39,181 nt of DNA, taken from NCBI GenBank assembly GCA_046153645.1, contig JBJXGI010000095.1, forward strand, positions 1 through 39,181. Direction: 5' to 3'. Below, in pieces: positions 1 to 8,570 of the stretch. The DNA is from Elusimicrobiota bacterium (GTDB lineage Bacteria > Elusimicrobiota > Elusimicrobia > F11). The translations under genes were made by a program, and so were the position numbers. The notes under the pieces are model-generated. The model ran no database searches. It saw nothing but the letters and a program-made list of their open reading frames with translations, and was not told the DNA's origin. The first letter of the stretch is position 1; the number at the start of each line of letters is the position of its first letter.

Positions 1-1
1 C

Positions 2-505
2 GGCGGGAATGCATTTACTTTAACAGCAACAGGCAATGACTTTATCTCTGGTTCCACTATTCTTTGGAATGGCTTAGAAAGAACAACCACTTTTATCAGT
101 GCCACTTCGCTAACAGCACTGATTCCCGCTTCGGATCTCACCTCAAGCGGAACTGTTAATGTGTCGGTGTTTACTTCAACTCCCGGCGGTGGCACTTCTG
201 CCTCTCAAATCTTCACAATTAATCAAGCCAGCAATCCAGCGCCAGTCCTATTGAGCATTTCCCCCAGCTCTACCACCGTTGGCGGAAGTGCGTTTACTTT
301 AACCGCATCAGGCAATGATTTTATCGCTGACTCCATCATTCGCTGGAATGGTTTAGATAGAGTCACTGCTTTTATCAATTCAACTTCCTTGACTGCTGTG
401 ATTCCTGTGTCCGATATCATCTCTAGTGGAACAGCAAATGTGACTGTCTATACTTCAACTCCTGGAGGAGGCGTTTCCACATCTCAACTTTTCACGATCA
501 ATCAA
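2..505 (+). repeat. Intragenic tandem repeat, 279-nt (93-aa) period, IPT/TIG domain
   Basis: ggcgggaatgcatttacttta at 2 recurs as ggcggaagtgcgtttacttta at 281; both units end in TSTPGGGxSxSQxFTINQ. Confidence 0.85.
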
Positions 506-1609
506 CCTTTATTTTCTACAACAACGTACACGATTTGGCCCGCCACAGCTGTACCGGCAACACAATCACCTGATCCAAACATTGAGATTGGGATAAAATT
601 TACCGCTGATGTTTCTGGTACTGTTGTTGGTATTCGTTTTTACAAACATAGCTTTAATACAGGAATTCACACCGGACATCTTTGGAGCTCAACAGGAACC
701 TTATTGGGATCTGTTACTTTCACATCAGAAACAACATCAGGATGGCAACAAGCCAATTTTTCAACACCCATCCTCATCAGCTCCAATACAACTTATGTGG
801 CCTCTTACTTTACAACCAAAGGTTATGGTGTCACTCGAAATTACTTCACCGCTTCTGGAGTTGATAATAGTCCTTTGCATGCGACAAGAAGTGTCACAGG
901 CAATAGAAATGGCGTATTCAAATATGGCTCAACAAGTGGATTTCCCAATAGCAGTTATCAAGACACCAATTATTGGGTTGATGTCGCATTTAAAAAATCC
1001 ATTGGTGGAGGATTATCAGTTAAGAAACGAGGACTACCCACTCCTATTATTTCTTTAAAAACCAACATTTATTTAACCGAAGAAATCACTGTTCAATACC
1101 CCGAGGATGCTCTTATTAAAGGTTTCGAATGGAATTTCACCAGGAAATCTTTAGAAACCGGCATTGGATCCCAAAATTCAAACACGATAAAAGCACTGAG
1201 TACTTTGCCCCAAGGGAAATTAAAACTACAAGACCAAAATCTTTTACCAGGAAATTATAGATTGGGTGTAACAGCTGTCGGGCTAAATAATGAAATGTCC
1301 AAAGAAGCCAGTTTGAACGTTATTCTTTTAGCCCCCACAATTGGGTCCGCCAGAATATTTCCTGATCCATGGAAGAAAAACCAACATGAGGGGATTCCAC
1401 TCACCTTTGACGGATTACCTCATAATTGCATTCTCAAAATATTCACACTCTCTGCTCAACTGGTCAAGACACTTGAGGTTGTAAACGGCTCGGTTACTTG
1501 GGATAGGAAAAATTCAGAGGGAGACACAATCGCTTCAGGCATTTATATTTATATTGCCATAGATGACAGTGGAAAAAAGACCCAAGGAAAGTTTGCGGTC
1601 ATAAATTAG
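2..1609 (+). CDS. Secreted protein, 5'-truncated: IPT/TIG repeats + DUF4082 domain + C-terminal T9SS type-A/FlgD-Ig-like sorting domain
   Basis: Frame is open from base 2 (GGNAFTLTATGNDFISGSTILWNG...). Two IPT-like repeats; DUF4082-like motifs (IEIGIKF, GIRFYK, SGWQQANF, NYWVDVAF); C-terminal ARIFPDPW...LKIFTLSAQLVKTL...WDRKNSEGDTIASGIYIY. Confidence 0.85.
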   Translation, partial: GGNAFTLTATGNDFISGSTILWNGLERTTTFISATSLTALIPASDLTSSGTVNVSVFTSTPGGGTSASQIFTINQASNPAPVLLSISPSSTTVGGSAFTLTASGNDFIADSIIRWNGLDRVTAFINSTSLTAVIPVSDIISSGTANVTVYTSTPGGGVSTSQLFTINQPLFSTTTYTIWPATAVPATQSPDPNIEIGIKFTADVSGTVVGIRFYKHSFNTGIHTGHLWSSTGTLLGSVTFTSETTSGWQQANFSTPILISSNTTYVASYFTTKGYGVTRNYFTASGVDNSPLHATRSVTGNRNGVFKYGSTSGFPNSSYQDTNYWVDVAFKKSIGGGLSVKKRGLPTPIISLKTNIYLTEEITVQYPEDALIKGFEWNFTRKSLETGIGSQNSNTIKALSTLPQGKLKLQDQNLLPGNYRLGVTAVGLNNEMSKEASLNVILLAPTIGSARIFPDPWKKNQHEGIPLTFDGLPHNCILKIFTLSAQLVKTLEVVNGSVTWDRKNSEGDTIASGIYIYIAIDDSGKKTQGKFAVIN

Positions 1610-1655
1610 AGATATCTCTCTATACAATTTCAATTACACCAACAACACCACACAT

Positions 1656-1687
1656 TTGATTAGTCTAATCTAAATTAGACTAATCAA
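1656..1687. terminator. Perfect 14-bp inverted repeat between convergent genes (possible bidirectional terminator or operator)
   Basis: ttgattagtctaat-ctaa-attagactaatcaa; AT-rich stem with no clear U-tract. Confidence 0.45.
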
Positions 1688-1717
1688 GTTTAGACAGTAA
1701 GGCAGAATGAATGTTCC

Positions 1718-2998
1718 TTAATTACCAAGAACTTCGAGAAGTGCCGCTTCTGTTTTTTTGTAATCACGTCGACGTTCGGCGTATTCATGTTTGAGCGCGA
1801 CAATTTTTTCAAGTGCATCAAGCACATCTGGCGCGTTTTTTACACCGCGATTATATTCGCCCATAATTTGAAGCAAGTATGTTTTCCCCATTTCAACTTG
1901 TTTTTCGCTGGAATGAACCAATTCATCTAAATGACGCAACTCTTCTTTTAGGACGAATAAAATAGATTTCGTCTTCGCCTCTAGATATTCAACTTGAAAA
2001 GCGTAAGCCTCGGTTTGTTTTTCGAGAGACATCGCGTTATTCTTAGATTGAAACCCATCAAACAAAGGAAGTGACGCTTTAACTCCAACCGCAGTGTCAT
2101 CTCGATTTTTTCTTTGAAACGACTCCCTTTCTCTCAGCGTGTAAAGATAATATCCGCCATAAAGATCAATGGACGGCCTCCAGTATGAAGCGGCTGTTTT
2201 TCTTTGCCACTCTGCCACCTGACGGTTCGAGTGCGCCCCAACCAAATCTGGTACTGACTCATGAGACGGAACTTCGTTTAGAATATGATCATCATGAGCA
2301 TGGGCAATGGCTTCAATGGTATTAAAAACGGATCCACCTGACTGTCCTAAAAGCGGCGCCAAATCCGCCTGAATCAAAATGGTTTCATGATGTTGGCTTT
2401 CCATTTCTTCTTTCATGCGCAGGTCCATCATTTGAAAACCGAGACGATCGGAGTCTGTGGTGAGACCCCGATTAATTCGACTGGTCGAAGCGGTTATATT
2501 TTTTTCGTTTTGAATTACAAATTCTTTCATCATTTTCGTCACTTCGCGTGAAAAAACCAAATCCCAAAACAATTTCCGCGCCGCTAACAACTCCGAACGA
2601 TAATTCTTGGCTGCTATCGCCGCTAATGATTCTGATTGCGCAAAACGAATATTCTCTTCATAAAGGTCACGCCTGCCACGGAATATATTTAGGCGCGCTT
2701 CCAAATCTCCATAAGGTTGGGTTTTCGTTTCGTAAAGGCCAGTTTTGAATAATTCGTAACCGGCCTCTAGTTTGACGGTTGGAGAAAAAGACCGCGCAAG
2801 GTGATGGGTTCTCCTCTGCGAACCAATAAAATGGGCTTGTGAACTTTTAATACTTAAGTTCCCACTCTTAGTCCACTTCGGCAAATCCTCATATAAAAGA
2901 TCGATGGGTTCAGAGGCGTTCAAAAAACTGACGAGAAAAAACGCAAACCCCGCAACCTGCACTCTACCCCGACTTCCACCTTGTGCAATTATTTTCAT
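1718..2998 (-). CDS. TolC/CzcC-family outer-membrane efflux protein
   Basis: Signal peptide; OEP motifs (YWRPSIDLYGGY, VGVKASLPLFDG, EYNRGVKNAPDVLDA); last gene of the RND operon. Start uncertain (2998 or 3019). Confidence 0.85.
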   Translation of the reverse strand: MKIIAQGGSRGRVQVAGFAFFLVSFLNASEPIDLLYEDLPKWTKSGNLSIKSSQAHFIGSQRRTHHLARSFSPTVKLEAGYELFKTGLYETKTQPYGDLEARLNIFRGRRDLYEENIRFAQSESLAAIAAKNYRSELLAARKLFWDLVFSREVTKMMKEFVIQNEKNITASTSRINRGLTTDSDRLGFQMMDLRMKEEMESQHHETILIQADLAPLLGQSGGSVFNTIEAIAHAHDDHILNEVPSHESVPDLVGAHSNRQVAEWQRKTAASYWRPSIDLYGGYYLYTLRERESFQRKNRDDTAVGVKASLPLFDGFQSKNNAMSLEKQTEAYAFQVEYLEAKTKSILFVLKEELRHLDELVHSSEKQVEMGKTYLLQIMGEYNRGVKNAPDVLDALEKIVALKHEYAERRRDYKKTEAALLEVLGN

Positions 2999-3002
2999 GG
3001 TA

Positions 3003-3464
3003 TTAATCCAAATTATCAAAGGCCACCAAAAGTGATCGAGTACCTTCTTTTAAATGGACATCAATATTAAATGGTTTTCGAGAAGCTTTTGGAGCACTTC
3101 CAGTAAACACATCATCAATTATTTTAAGATCAAACGGAGTTTTGGAATATTTCTTCTTATTCTCTACTTCAACAATTCCTTTGGCGGTTTTTTCAAACTT
3201 AGAGATATCAAGAACATTCATCTGTATATCATAAAGGTACAAACGAACTATTCCCTCATCTGAACGCACCAACTCCGCTTTATAAACCACCGCCGCCTTA
3301 GCTCCTTTCTTTGCATCTTTTTCATCAATGACAGGCGCAATCACCCCTCCTTGCTTCGATTGATCCGTCAACTTTGGTCCGTGCCCTTCATCATGAGCAA
3401 AAAAAGTGCCTCCCAAACCAAGACTTAAAACCCCAACAAATACAGCAACAGCATACTTTTTCAT
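3003..3464 (-). CDS. Small exported His-containing protein, putative periplasmic metal-binding protein
   Basis: Signal peptide followed by HDEGHGP; ATGA overlap with the RND gene stop. Confidence 0.7.
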   Translation of the reverse strand: MKKYAVAVFVGVLSLGLGGTFFAHDEGHGPKLTDQSKQGGVIAPVIDEKDAKKGAKAAVVYKAELVRSDEGIVRLYLYDIQMNVLDISKFEKTAKGIVEVENKKKYSKTPFDLKIIDDVFTGSAPKASRKPFNIDVHLKEGTRSLLVAFDNLD

Positions 3465-6400
3465 AGGTCGTCTCCTCGTAATTCAACATGTTCTTTTTTC
3501 TGGGAACTCAACATTTTTTCAACAGCTTTTCTCCCAAATCGATAAAAAACAGTAGGCGTTACCACAATATCAAGTAATGTAGATGAAATAAGCCCACCCA
3601 CAATGACCACCGCCACTGGATAGAGAATTTCTTTTCCAGGTTCTCCCGCTGAAAGCAACAGTGGAACCAAGGCCAATACCGCTGAAAACGCTGTCATAAG
3701 CACGGGCACAAGTCTTTCCAAAGACCCCCGAATCACCATTTCTTCTGTGAAGGCTTCGCCTTCTTCTTTCATTAAATGAATGTAATGACTGATCATCATA
3801 ATGCCGTTGCGCGTTGCAATGCCGCACAGTGTAATGAAGGCAATCAGCGTCGCCACCGATAAAACACGTTCCGTTAAATAAATGGCCACGATGCTGCCAA
3901 TAAGAGCCAGTGGCACATTCAACATGATCTGCAATGACAACATGATGGATCGAAAATGGATATAAAGCACAATAAAAATACCCATCAAAGAAAGAATTCC
4001 TAAGAAAAGAATCAGCCGAGAAGCTTTTTGTTGATTCTCAAATTGACCGCCAAAAGCAATGAAATATCCCGTGGGTAGTTTTACCTTCTCTCCAATTTTC
4101 TCCTGAACTTCTTTGATTAAACTTCCCAAATCACGGTCATGAGAATTAGCGGAGACCACAATTCGCCGTTGCATATCTTCTCGGTTCACCATATTAGGAC
4201 CCGTTCCCTTATAAATCTGAGCCACATCACCCAAACGAACGAGATGGGCATTGGGAAGCGTTTTCACCAACGTTGACTCAATTGTTTCTGGATTAGCGCG
4301 CGACTCATCGTCTAAACGCATAAAAATATCGTAGAGACGTTGTTTTTCCAAAAACTGCGCCACTGTTTCACCATTAAGAGCAATCTCCAAATCTTCAGCC
4401 AGTGTTCCCGGCCGAATGGCGTGAAGACCCGCTTCCTCTCGGTCAATAGCGATTTTTAGTTGCGGGATGAGAACCAAAGGCTCCAGTTGAAGATCTACAA
4501 TTCCGCTGATCTCTTTCATCACACGTTCCACCTGACTACCAAGACGGCGAAGTTCTGTAAGGTCAGAGCCAAATATTTTTACCGCAATTTGGGCACGAAC
4601 ACCCGAGAGAAGATGATCCAATCGGTGACTAATGGGTTGACCAATATTGATATAAACATCCCCCACAGCTTCAATTTTTTCTCTCAGATCTTGAAGAACC
4701 AAAGGCCTTGGGCGTCCGCCTTCTTTAAAATCAACATCAATTTCACTCCAGTGAACCCCTTCGGCATGCTCGTCCATCTCCGCCCGACCAGTTCGTCGAA
4801 TGGTGGATTTAACTTCAGGCACAGAAAGCATGGCCTCTTCCACTTTTTTCCCCAGCTCATCAGAAGCTGGAAGTGAGATGCCTGGTGCGGCCGCAACACC
4901 AATTGTGGCTGTTCCTTCATTAAATGCCGGCAGAAAATTGTGCCCCATCAAGGGAAGCAAGGAAAGTGACGCCATAAGTAACAACGCGCATCCCGCCAGC
5001 ACCAAATAGGGATGCTTGATGGTCTTTAAAAGAGTCCGCTGGTCCATTTCTTTTAGAAAACGAACCAATGATCCATCCTGATGCTGGGCAGTGGCTTTGG
5101 CCTTGGGCAATAAATAAGAACACAGCACAGGCGTCACAGTAAGTGAAATAAGCAACGATGCAATTAAAGAAACAATGTACGCCACGCCCAGCGGCGCGAA
5201 CAATCGGCCCTCAATACCACTCAATGCGAAAAGAGGCAAGAACACCAACACCACAATAATTGTTGAAAACACAATCGAATTGCGAACTTCAGATGAGGCC
5301 TGATAAACCACCAAAAGTGGGCTCTTTGGATTTTTTAAAGCACGGTTTTCTTTAAGCCGTCGAAATACATTTTCAACATCCACAATAGCATCATCTACCA
5401 ATTCTCCAATGGCAACCGCTAGGCCCCCCAGCGTCATAGTATTAATGCTGAGATCCATGATTTTAAAAACAATGGCGGTGATGAGAAGAGACAGCGGAAT
5501 CGTCACCAATGTAATGGCCGTCGTTCGGACATTTAAAAGAAAAAGAATCAAGATAATGGCGACCATGATCGCGCCATCGCGAAGGGCTTGTTCAACATTA
5601 GAGATTGAGGCTTGAATGAAGCGCGCCTGTTTAAAAAGATCACTCTCAATTTTTACATGAGCCGGCAACGTTTTCTGTAGGTCTGCAAGCATTTTGTCAA
5701 TTTTTTTGGTGAGCTCAATCGTGCTAACTCCCGGTTGTTTCTGAATAGTCATTACAACAGCATGTTTACCATTAATACTTCCTTCACCCCGTTTCATCTG
5801 AGCACCTATTTGAACGCGCGCCACATCTTTAACGCGAACCGGGTTTCCTAAATGAAGGCCAATCACAGAATTGGCAATTTCTTCAATGGATTCCACTCGA
5901 GCCAACGGGCGAATCAAAAACTCTTGCGCATCTATATTAATGAAACCGCCGGTTGTATTCTCGCTGATTTCCGATAAAGCATGTTTGAGGTCTTCTAGAG
6001 AAATCCCTTTCTTCTGCAATTTTTCACTCGACACCAATATTTGATATTGCTTCCGTTCACCGCCAAGAACAACCACTTGGCTAATTCCGGAAATGGTCAT
6101 AAGACGCGGCCTCACCGTCCAATCAGCCAATGTACGCAGTTCCATAGGAGAAACACTCTCATCGGGACTCGTGAGACCAACAAATTGGATTTCACCCATA
6201 ATAGAACTGACCGGTCCCATCACCGGAGACATTTCTGCCGGCAATCTTTCCTTTGCCAGTTGCAGTCGTTCTGAAACAAGCTGACGGTTATGGAAAATTT
6301 CTGTGCCCCATTCAAACTCGACATATACAATAGAGATACCGATCCCACTTGAAGATCTGATTCTCGTTACACCAGGGGTTCCATTCAAGGCTGATTCGAT

Positions 6401-6604
6401 GGGGAGTGTCACCAACGTCTCTACTTCTTCCGGGGCCAATCCATGAGCCTCTGTTAACACGGTAACAACGGGTCGGTTTAAATCGGGGAAAACATCAATC
6501 GGCAAGTGTGCGGCAATCCACCCTCCATAGACCAAAGAAGCCCCCGCAATCAATAAGACGGTAAGTCTGTTTCTTAGTGAAAATCGAATAATGGCGTTTA
6601 ACAT
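3461..6604 (-). CDS. CusA/CzcA-family heavy-metal efflux RND permease
   Basis: 1047 aa; LPIDVFPDL, GLAPEEVETLVTLPIE, TM4 AIGELVDDAIVDVEN, GSLERLVPVLMTA. Confidence 0.96.
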   Translation of the reverse strand: MLNAIIRFSLRNRLTVLLIAGASLVYGGWIAAHLPIDVFPDLNRPVVTVLTEAHGLAPEEVETLVTLPIESALNGTPGVTRIRSSSGIGISIVYVEFEWGTEIFHNRQLVSERLQLAKERLPAEMSPVMGPVSSIMGEIQFVGLTSPDESVSPMELRTLADWTVRPRLMTISGISQVVVLGGERKQYQILVSSEKLQKKGISLEDLKHALSEISENTTGGFINIDAQEFLIRPLARVESIEEIANSVIGLHLGNPVRVKDVARVQIGAQMKRGEGSINGKHAVVMTIQKQPGVSTIELTKKIDKMLADLQKTLPAHVKIESDLFKQARFIQASISNVEQALRDGAIMVAIILILFLLNVRTTAITLVTIPLSLLITAIVFKIMDLSINTMTLGGLAVAIGELVDDAIVDVENVFRRLKENRALKNPKSPLLVVYQASSEVRNSIVFSTIIVVLVFLPLFALSGIEGRLFAPLGVAYIVSLIASLLISLTVTPVLCSYLLPKAKATAQHQDGSLVRFLKEMDQRTLLKTIKHPYLVLAGCALLLMASLSLLPLMGHNFLPAFNEGTATIGVAAAPGISLPASDELGKKVEEAMLSVPEVKSTIRRTGRAEMDEHAEGVHWSEIDVDFKEGGRPRPLVLQDLREKIEAVGDVYINIGQPISHRLDHLLSGVRAQIAVKIFGSDLTELRRLGSQVERVMKEISGIVDLQLEPLVLIPQLKIAIDREEAGLHAIRPGTLAEDLEIALNGETVAQFLEKQRLYDIFMRLDDESRANPETIESTLVKTLPNAHLVRLGDVAQIYKGTGPNMVNREDMQRRIVVSANSHDRDLGSLIKEVQEKIGEKVKLPTGYFIAFGGQFENQQKASRLILFLGILSLMGIFIVLYIHFRSIMLSLQIMLNVPLALIGSIVAIYLTERVLSVATLIAFITLCGIATRNGIMMISHYIHLMKEEGEAFTEEMVIRGSLERLVPVLMTAFSAVLALVPLLLSAGEPGKEILYPVAVVIVGGLISSTLLDIVVTPTVFYRFGRKAVEKMLSSQKKEHVELRGDDL

Positions 6605-6690
6605 AAAAATCCTTTTTAAATAAAAACCTGGAAATGATTATTGAATGAAGGTAATAAGGAAGCAGGGACGAAAACCCCCACAAACAGCAG

Positions 6691-7101
6691 TTAAACGCGA
6701 GGAGGAGCTCGGTTGGAAAAAGAAGAAGGAAAAGATGTTTCGGTTGCAATCCAAGGCGGATCAGCACATCTCAGCCTATGTTGAGAAAAATTGACCAGGA
6801 AACGAGAATTAGACTTTACTAGCAAATCAGCTATTTCAAAAAATTCGGGAGAGGTAAGCCGGAAGTTCTGTATCAATACAACAGATGGCAAGGGTTTGCC
6901 CAAAAAAATGGGCCCATGGTCATGATCATTATTATGATGCTCAGTGTCAGATTGCGTTCCATCCTCATGATTGTGCGATAGGTGGGAATCGACAAAATGA
7001 TCCAGAGCATGAAGAATAACAGGAACAGGACCAGGCCCAGCGGAGAAAAAATAAATCGCACCAACTAAATACAACATTAATTTTCTTAAACGCCCTTTCA
7101 T
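6691..7101 (-). CDS. His-rich exported leader protein with C-terminal RAPP motif (putative ribosome-arrest regulatory uORF, CruR/CutF-like)
   Basis: N-terminal basic+hydrophobic segment, 9 His in about 32 residues, ends NRAPPRV*; lies 86 nt upstream of the RND gene. Alternative start at 7137. Confidence 0.75.
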   Translation of the reverse strand: MKGRLRKLMLYLVGAIYFFSAGPGPVPVILHALDHFVDSHLSHNHEDGTQSDTEHHNNDHDHGPIFLGKPLPSVVLIQNFRLTSPEFFEIADLLVKSNSRFLVNFSQHRLRCADPPWIATETSFPSSFSNRAPPRV

Positions 7102-7193
7102 AAAAACCAATTTAACATATAGCCCGTTGATATTCATCAGGAAATAAAAAAATGGGATTATTCAAAACATCTCATTGGTTTTATCTCCATAAA

Positions 7194-7547
7194 TTATTTA
7201 CCTACGATTGTTTGAAAACCACCATAGTGCATTCGCTTCATTTCAAAAGGCATATCTTTGGGTGTACAATCTTCTCCCATTTCCTTCATAACCTTGGCAT
7301 TAACAAGATTTCGGTGCGATCGAGATTTGTAAACAATATAGGAAAAAACCACTGTTTCACTGGGTTTGCACTTCATCATTTTTGTAAACGGGGTTCCCCA
7401 TTCGCATTTCAAATCGTCCCCAACACATTCTTTATAATCAAGGGCGCCCGCTTTACGCCACATTTTCTCTCCCATTTCTGCCATTTTTTTGTACGCCTTC
7501 AAATTTTTCTTTGGCACAGCAATCACGAAACCATCTACGTAACTCAT
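7194..7547 (-). CDS. DUF1428 family protein
   Basis: MSYVDGFVIAVP, GALDYKECVGDD, ETVVFSYIVYKSRSHR, MPFEMKRMHYGGF; strong SD aaaggag. Confidence 0.9.
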   Translation of the reverse strand: MSYVDGFVIAVPKKNLKAYKKMAEMGEKMWRKAGALDYKECVGDDLKCEWGTPFTKMMKCKPSETVVFSYIVYKSRSHRNLVNAKVMKEMGEDCTPKDMPFEMKRMHYGGFQTIVGK

Positions 7548-7650
7548 CTTTGATCTCCTTTCATCCCGATTTACGAGGAATCGAATTCCAACTTAAATTA
7601 AAAAATCATTACTTCGCAATAGCTTCGAGAGGGTATGCAGGTTATATACC

Positions 7651-7707
7651 GAAAAATTACTGAGGGTAGGATTCAGACCTACGAAGGACGTAGCCCAACA
7701 GATTTAC
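7651..7707 (-). repeat. Degenerate duplicate of the tRNA-Tyr 3' half (att-like direct repeat)
   Basis: 53/57 identical to 8386-8442; runs from the anticodon to 7 nt past the tRNA 3' end. Confidence 0.92.
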
Positions 7708-7870
7708 TACCTGGAACCGGGGCATCTTTTTTAAGCCCTGATTTAGACCAGTGAATAAGAGACTCTTTCATTTGTTCAGCCAAGTGTATTTTTTCAGACC
7801 ATGATAAAAGACGCCTATCACGCTGCCAATGGGTCTGTTTCTCAAAGAGTTTCTTAATTTCATCATTCAC
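7679..7870 (-). CDS. Small basic hypothetical protein, probable partner of the nucleotidyltransferase
   Basis: GTG at 7870 overlaps the upstream gene's end; helical WQRDRRLLSWSEKI segment; the C-terminus runs into the tRNA fragment. Confidence 0.55.
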   Translation of the reverse strand: MNDEIKKLFEKQTHWQRDRRLLSWSEKIHLAEQMKESLIHWSKSGLKKDAPVPGSKSVGLRPS

Positions 7871-8372
7871 TTGGAAACCTCGATTCAAATTTCTTCCAAC
7901 TTTCTAATAAACCAAATCGCTCAGAAAGTTGGCTAATATCTTTTCTGGTTACACTCCCAGATTCAATAAGGGCAAGCACTCGCGCAAAATCTTTTGACCG
8001 CCCCACACTCAGTGCAATAACCGCCAGATAACAGGCACTAACCACACGAAGCGGAATACCTTCAAAATCAGCTACCTCAGCTTTTTCCATGGCCTCCTGA
8101 GTTAATGAGCTAAATACAGGAATAAATTGAACGGGCCAAATCCCCACCTTAATGGCCTCCCCTTCTGGCTGGAACCCTCTCGTTGAACAAAAACCATATA
8201 CGCCACTCAAAATATCAAGTCCTTTCTGCGGCGGAACTGCAACTAACAAATCTGCATCCATCGTTGCAACGGGTTCGGTGTAACGCATTTGAGCCACTGC
8301 ACCAAAAAGAGCGTAGTTTTGGATAACACCAACCGATAACATTTCATTCAATAATTGGGCGAGTTCTTTCAT
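7863..8372 (-). CDS. Nucleotidyltransferase-fold protein (putative TA/Abi-type)
   Basis: YALFGAVA...ATMDADLLV (G...DxD) and late GRSKD motif. Confidence 0.65.
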   Translation of the reverse strand: MKELAQLLNEMLSVGVIQNYALFGAVAQMRYTEPVATMDADLLVAVPPQKGLDILSGVYGFCSTRGFQPEGEAIKVGIWPVQFIPVFSSLTQEAMEKAEVADFEGIPLRVVSACYLAVIALSVGRSKDFARVLALIESGSVTRKDISQLSERFGLLESWKKFESRFPSE

Positions 8373-8392
8373 GGTTCATTTTAAGGAAAAAT

Positions 8393-8476
8393 TGCTGAGG
8401 GTAGGATTCGAACCTACGAAGGGCGTAGCCCAACAGATTTACAGTCTGTCCCCGTTGACCGCTTGGGTACCTCAGC
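8393..8476 (-). tRNA. tRNA-Tyr (GTA), CCA not encoded
   Basis: Reverse complement folds as a cloverleaf: acceptor gctgagg/cctcagc, anticodon loop ctGTAaa, long variable arm, T-loop ttcgaat. Confidence 0.96.
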
Positions 8477-8489
8477 TAAAATTTGATTC

Positions 8490-8570
8490 TTATTCGCTAT
8501 CAATCGCAATGTAATCGAATATATTTCTAAGCCAGCACTGCGCTTCAAATGCCCAGCTTATTTTTGCCCT
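8490..8570 (-). pseudogene. N-terminal fragment of a RelE/ParE-family toxin (start codon lost)
   Basis: Reads (AGG)AKISWAFEAQCWLRNIFDYIAIDSE*, matching the ParE N-terminal pattern; overlaps the stop of an antitoxin-like tail. Confidence 0.6.

Larger units (their letters stand above)
7651..8442. mobile_element. tRNA-integrated mini-island or island remnant (735-bp repeat-to-repeat), no integrase
   Basis: Flanked by tRNA-Tyr 3'-half direct repeats; contains only two small ORFs. Confidence 0.65.

Noticed and set aside
6495..6767. 90-aa ORF bridging the RAPP leader and the RND start
   Set aside because: Overlaps two better-supported genes out of frame, with no recognisable motif.
7152..7553. 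133-aa plus-strand ORF
   Set aside because: Antisense shadow of the DUF1428 gene.
7556..7600. ttcgatt T-loop-like sequence suggesting a further tRNA fragment
   Set aside because: No proper T-stem or acceptor match to either tRNA.
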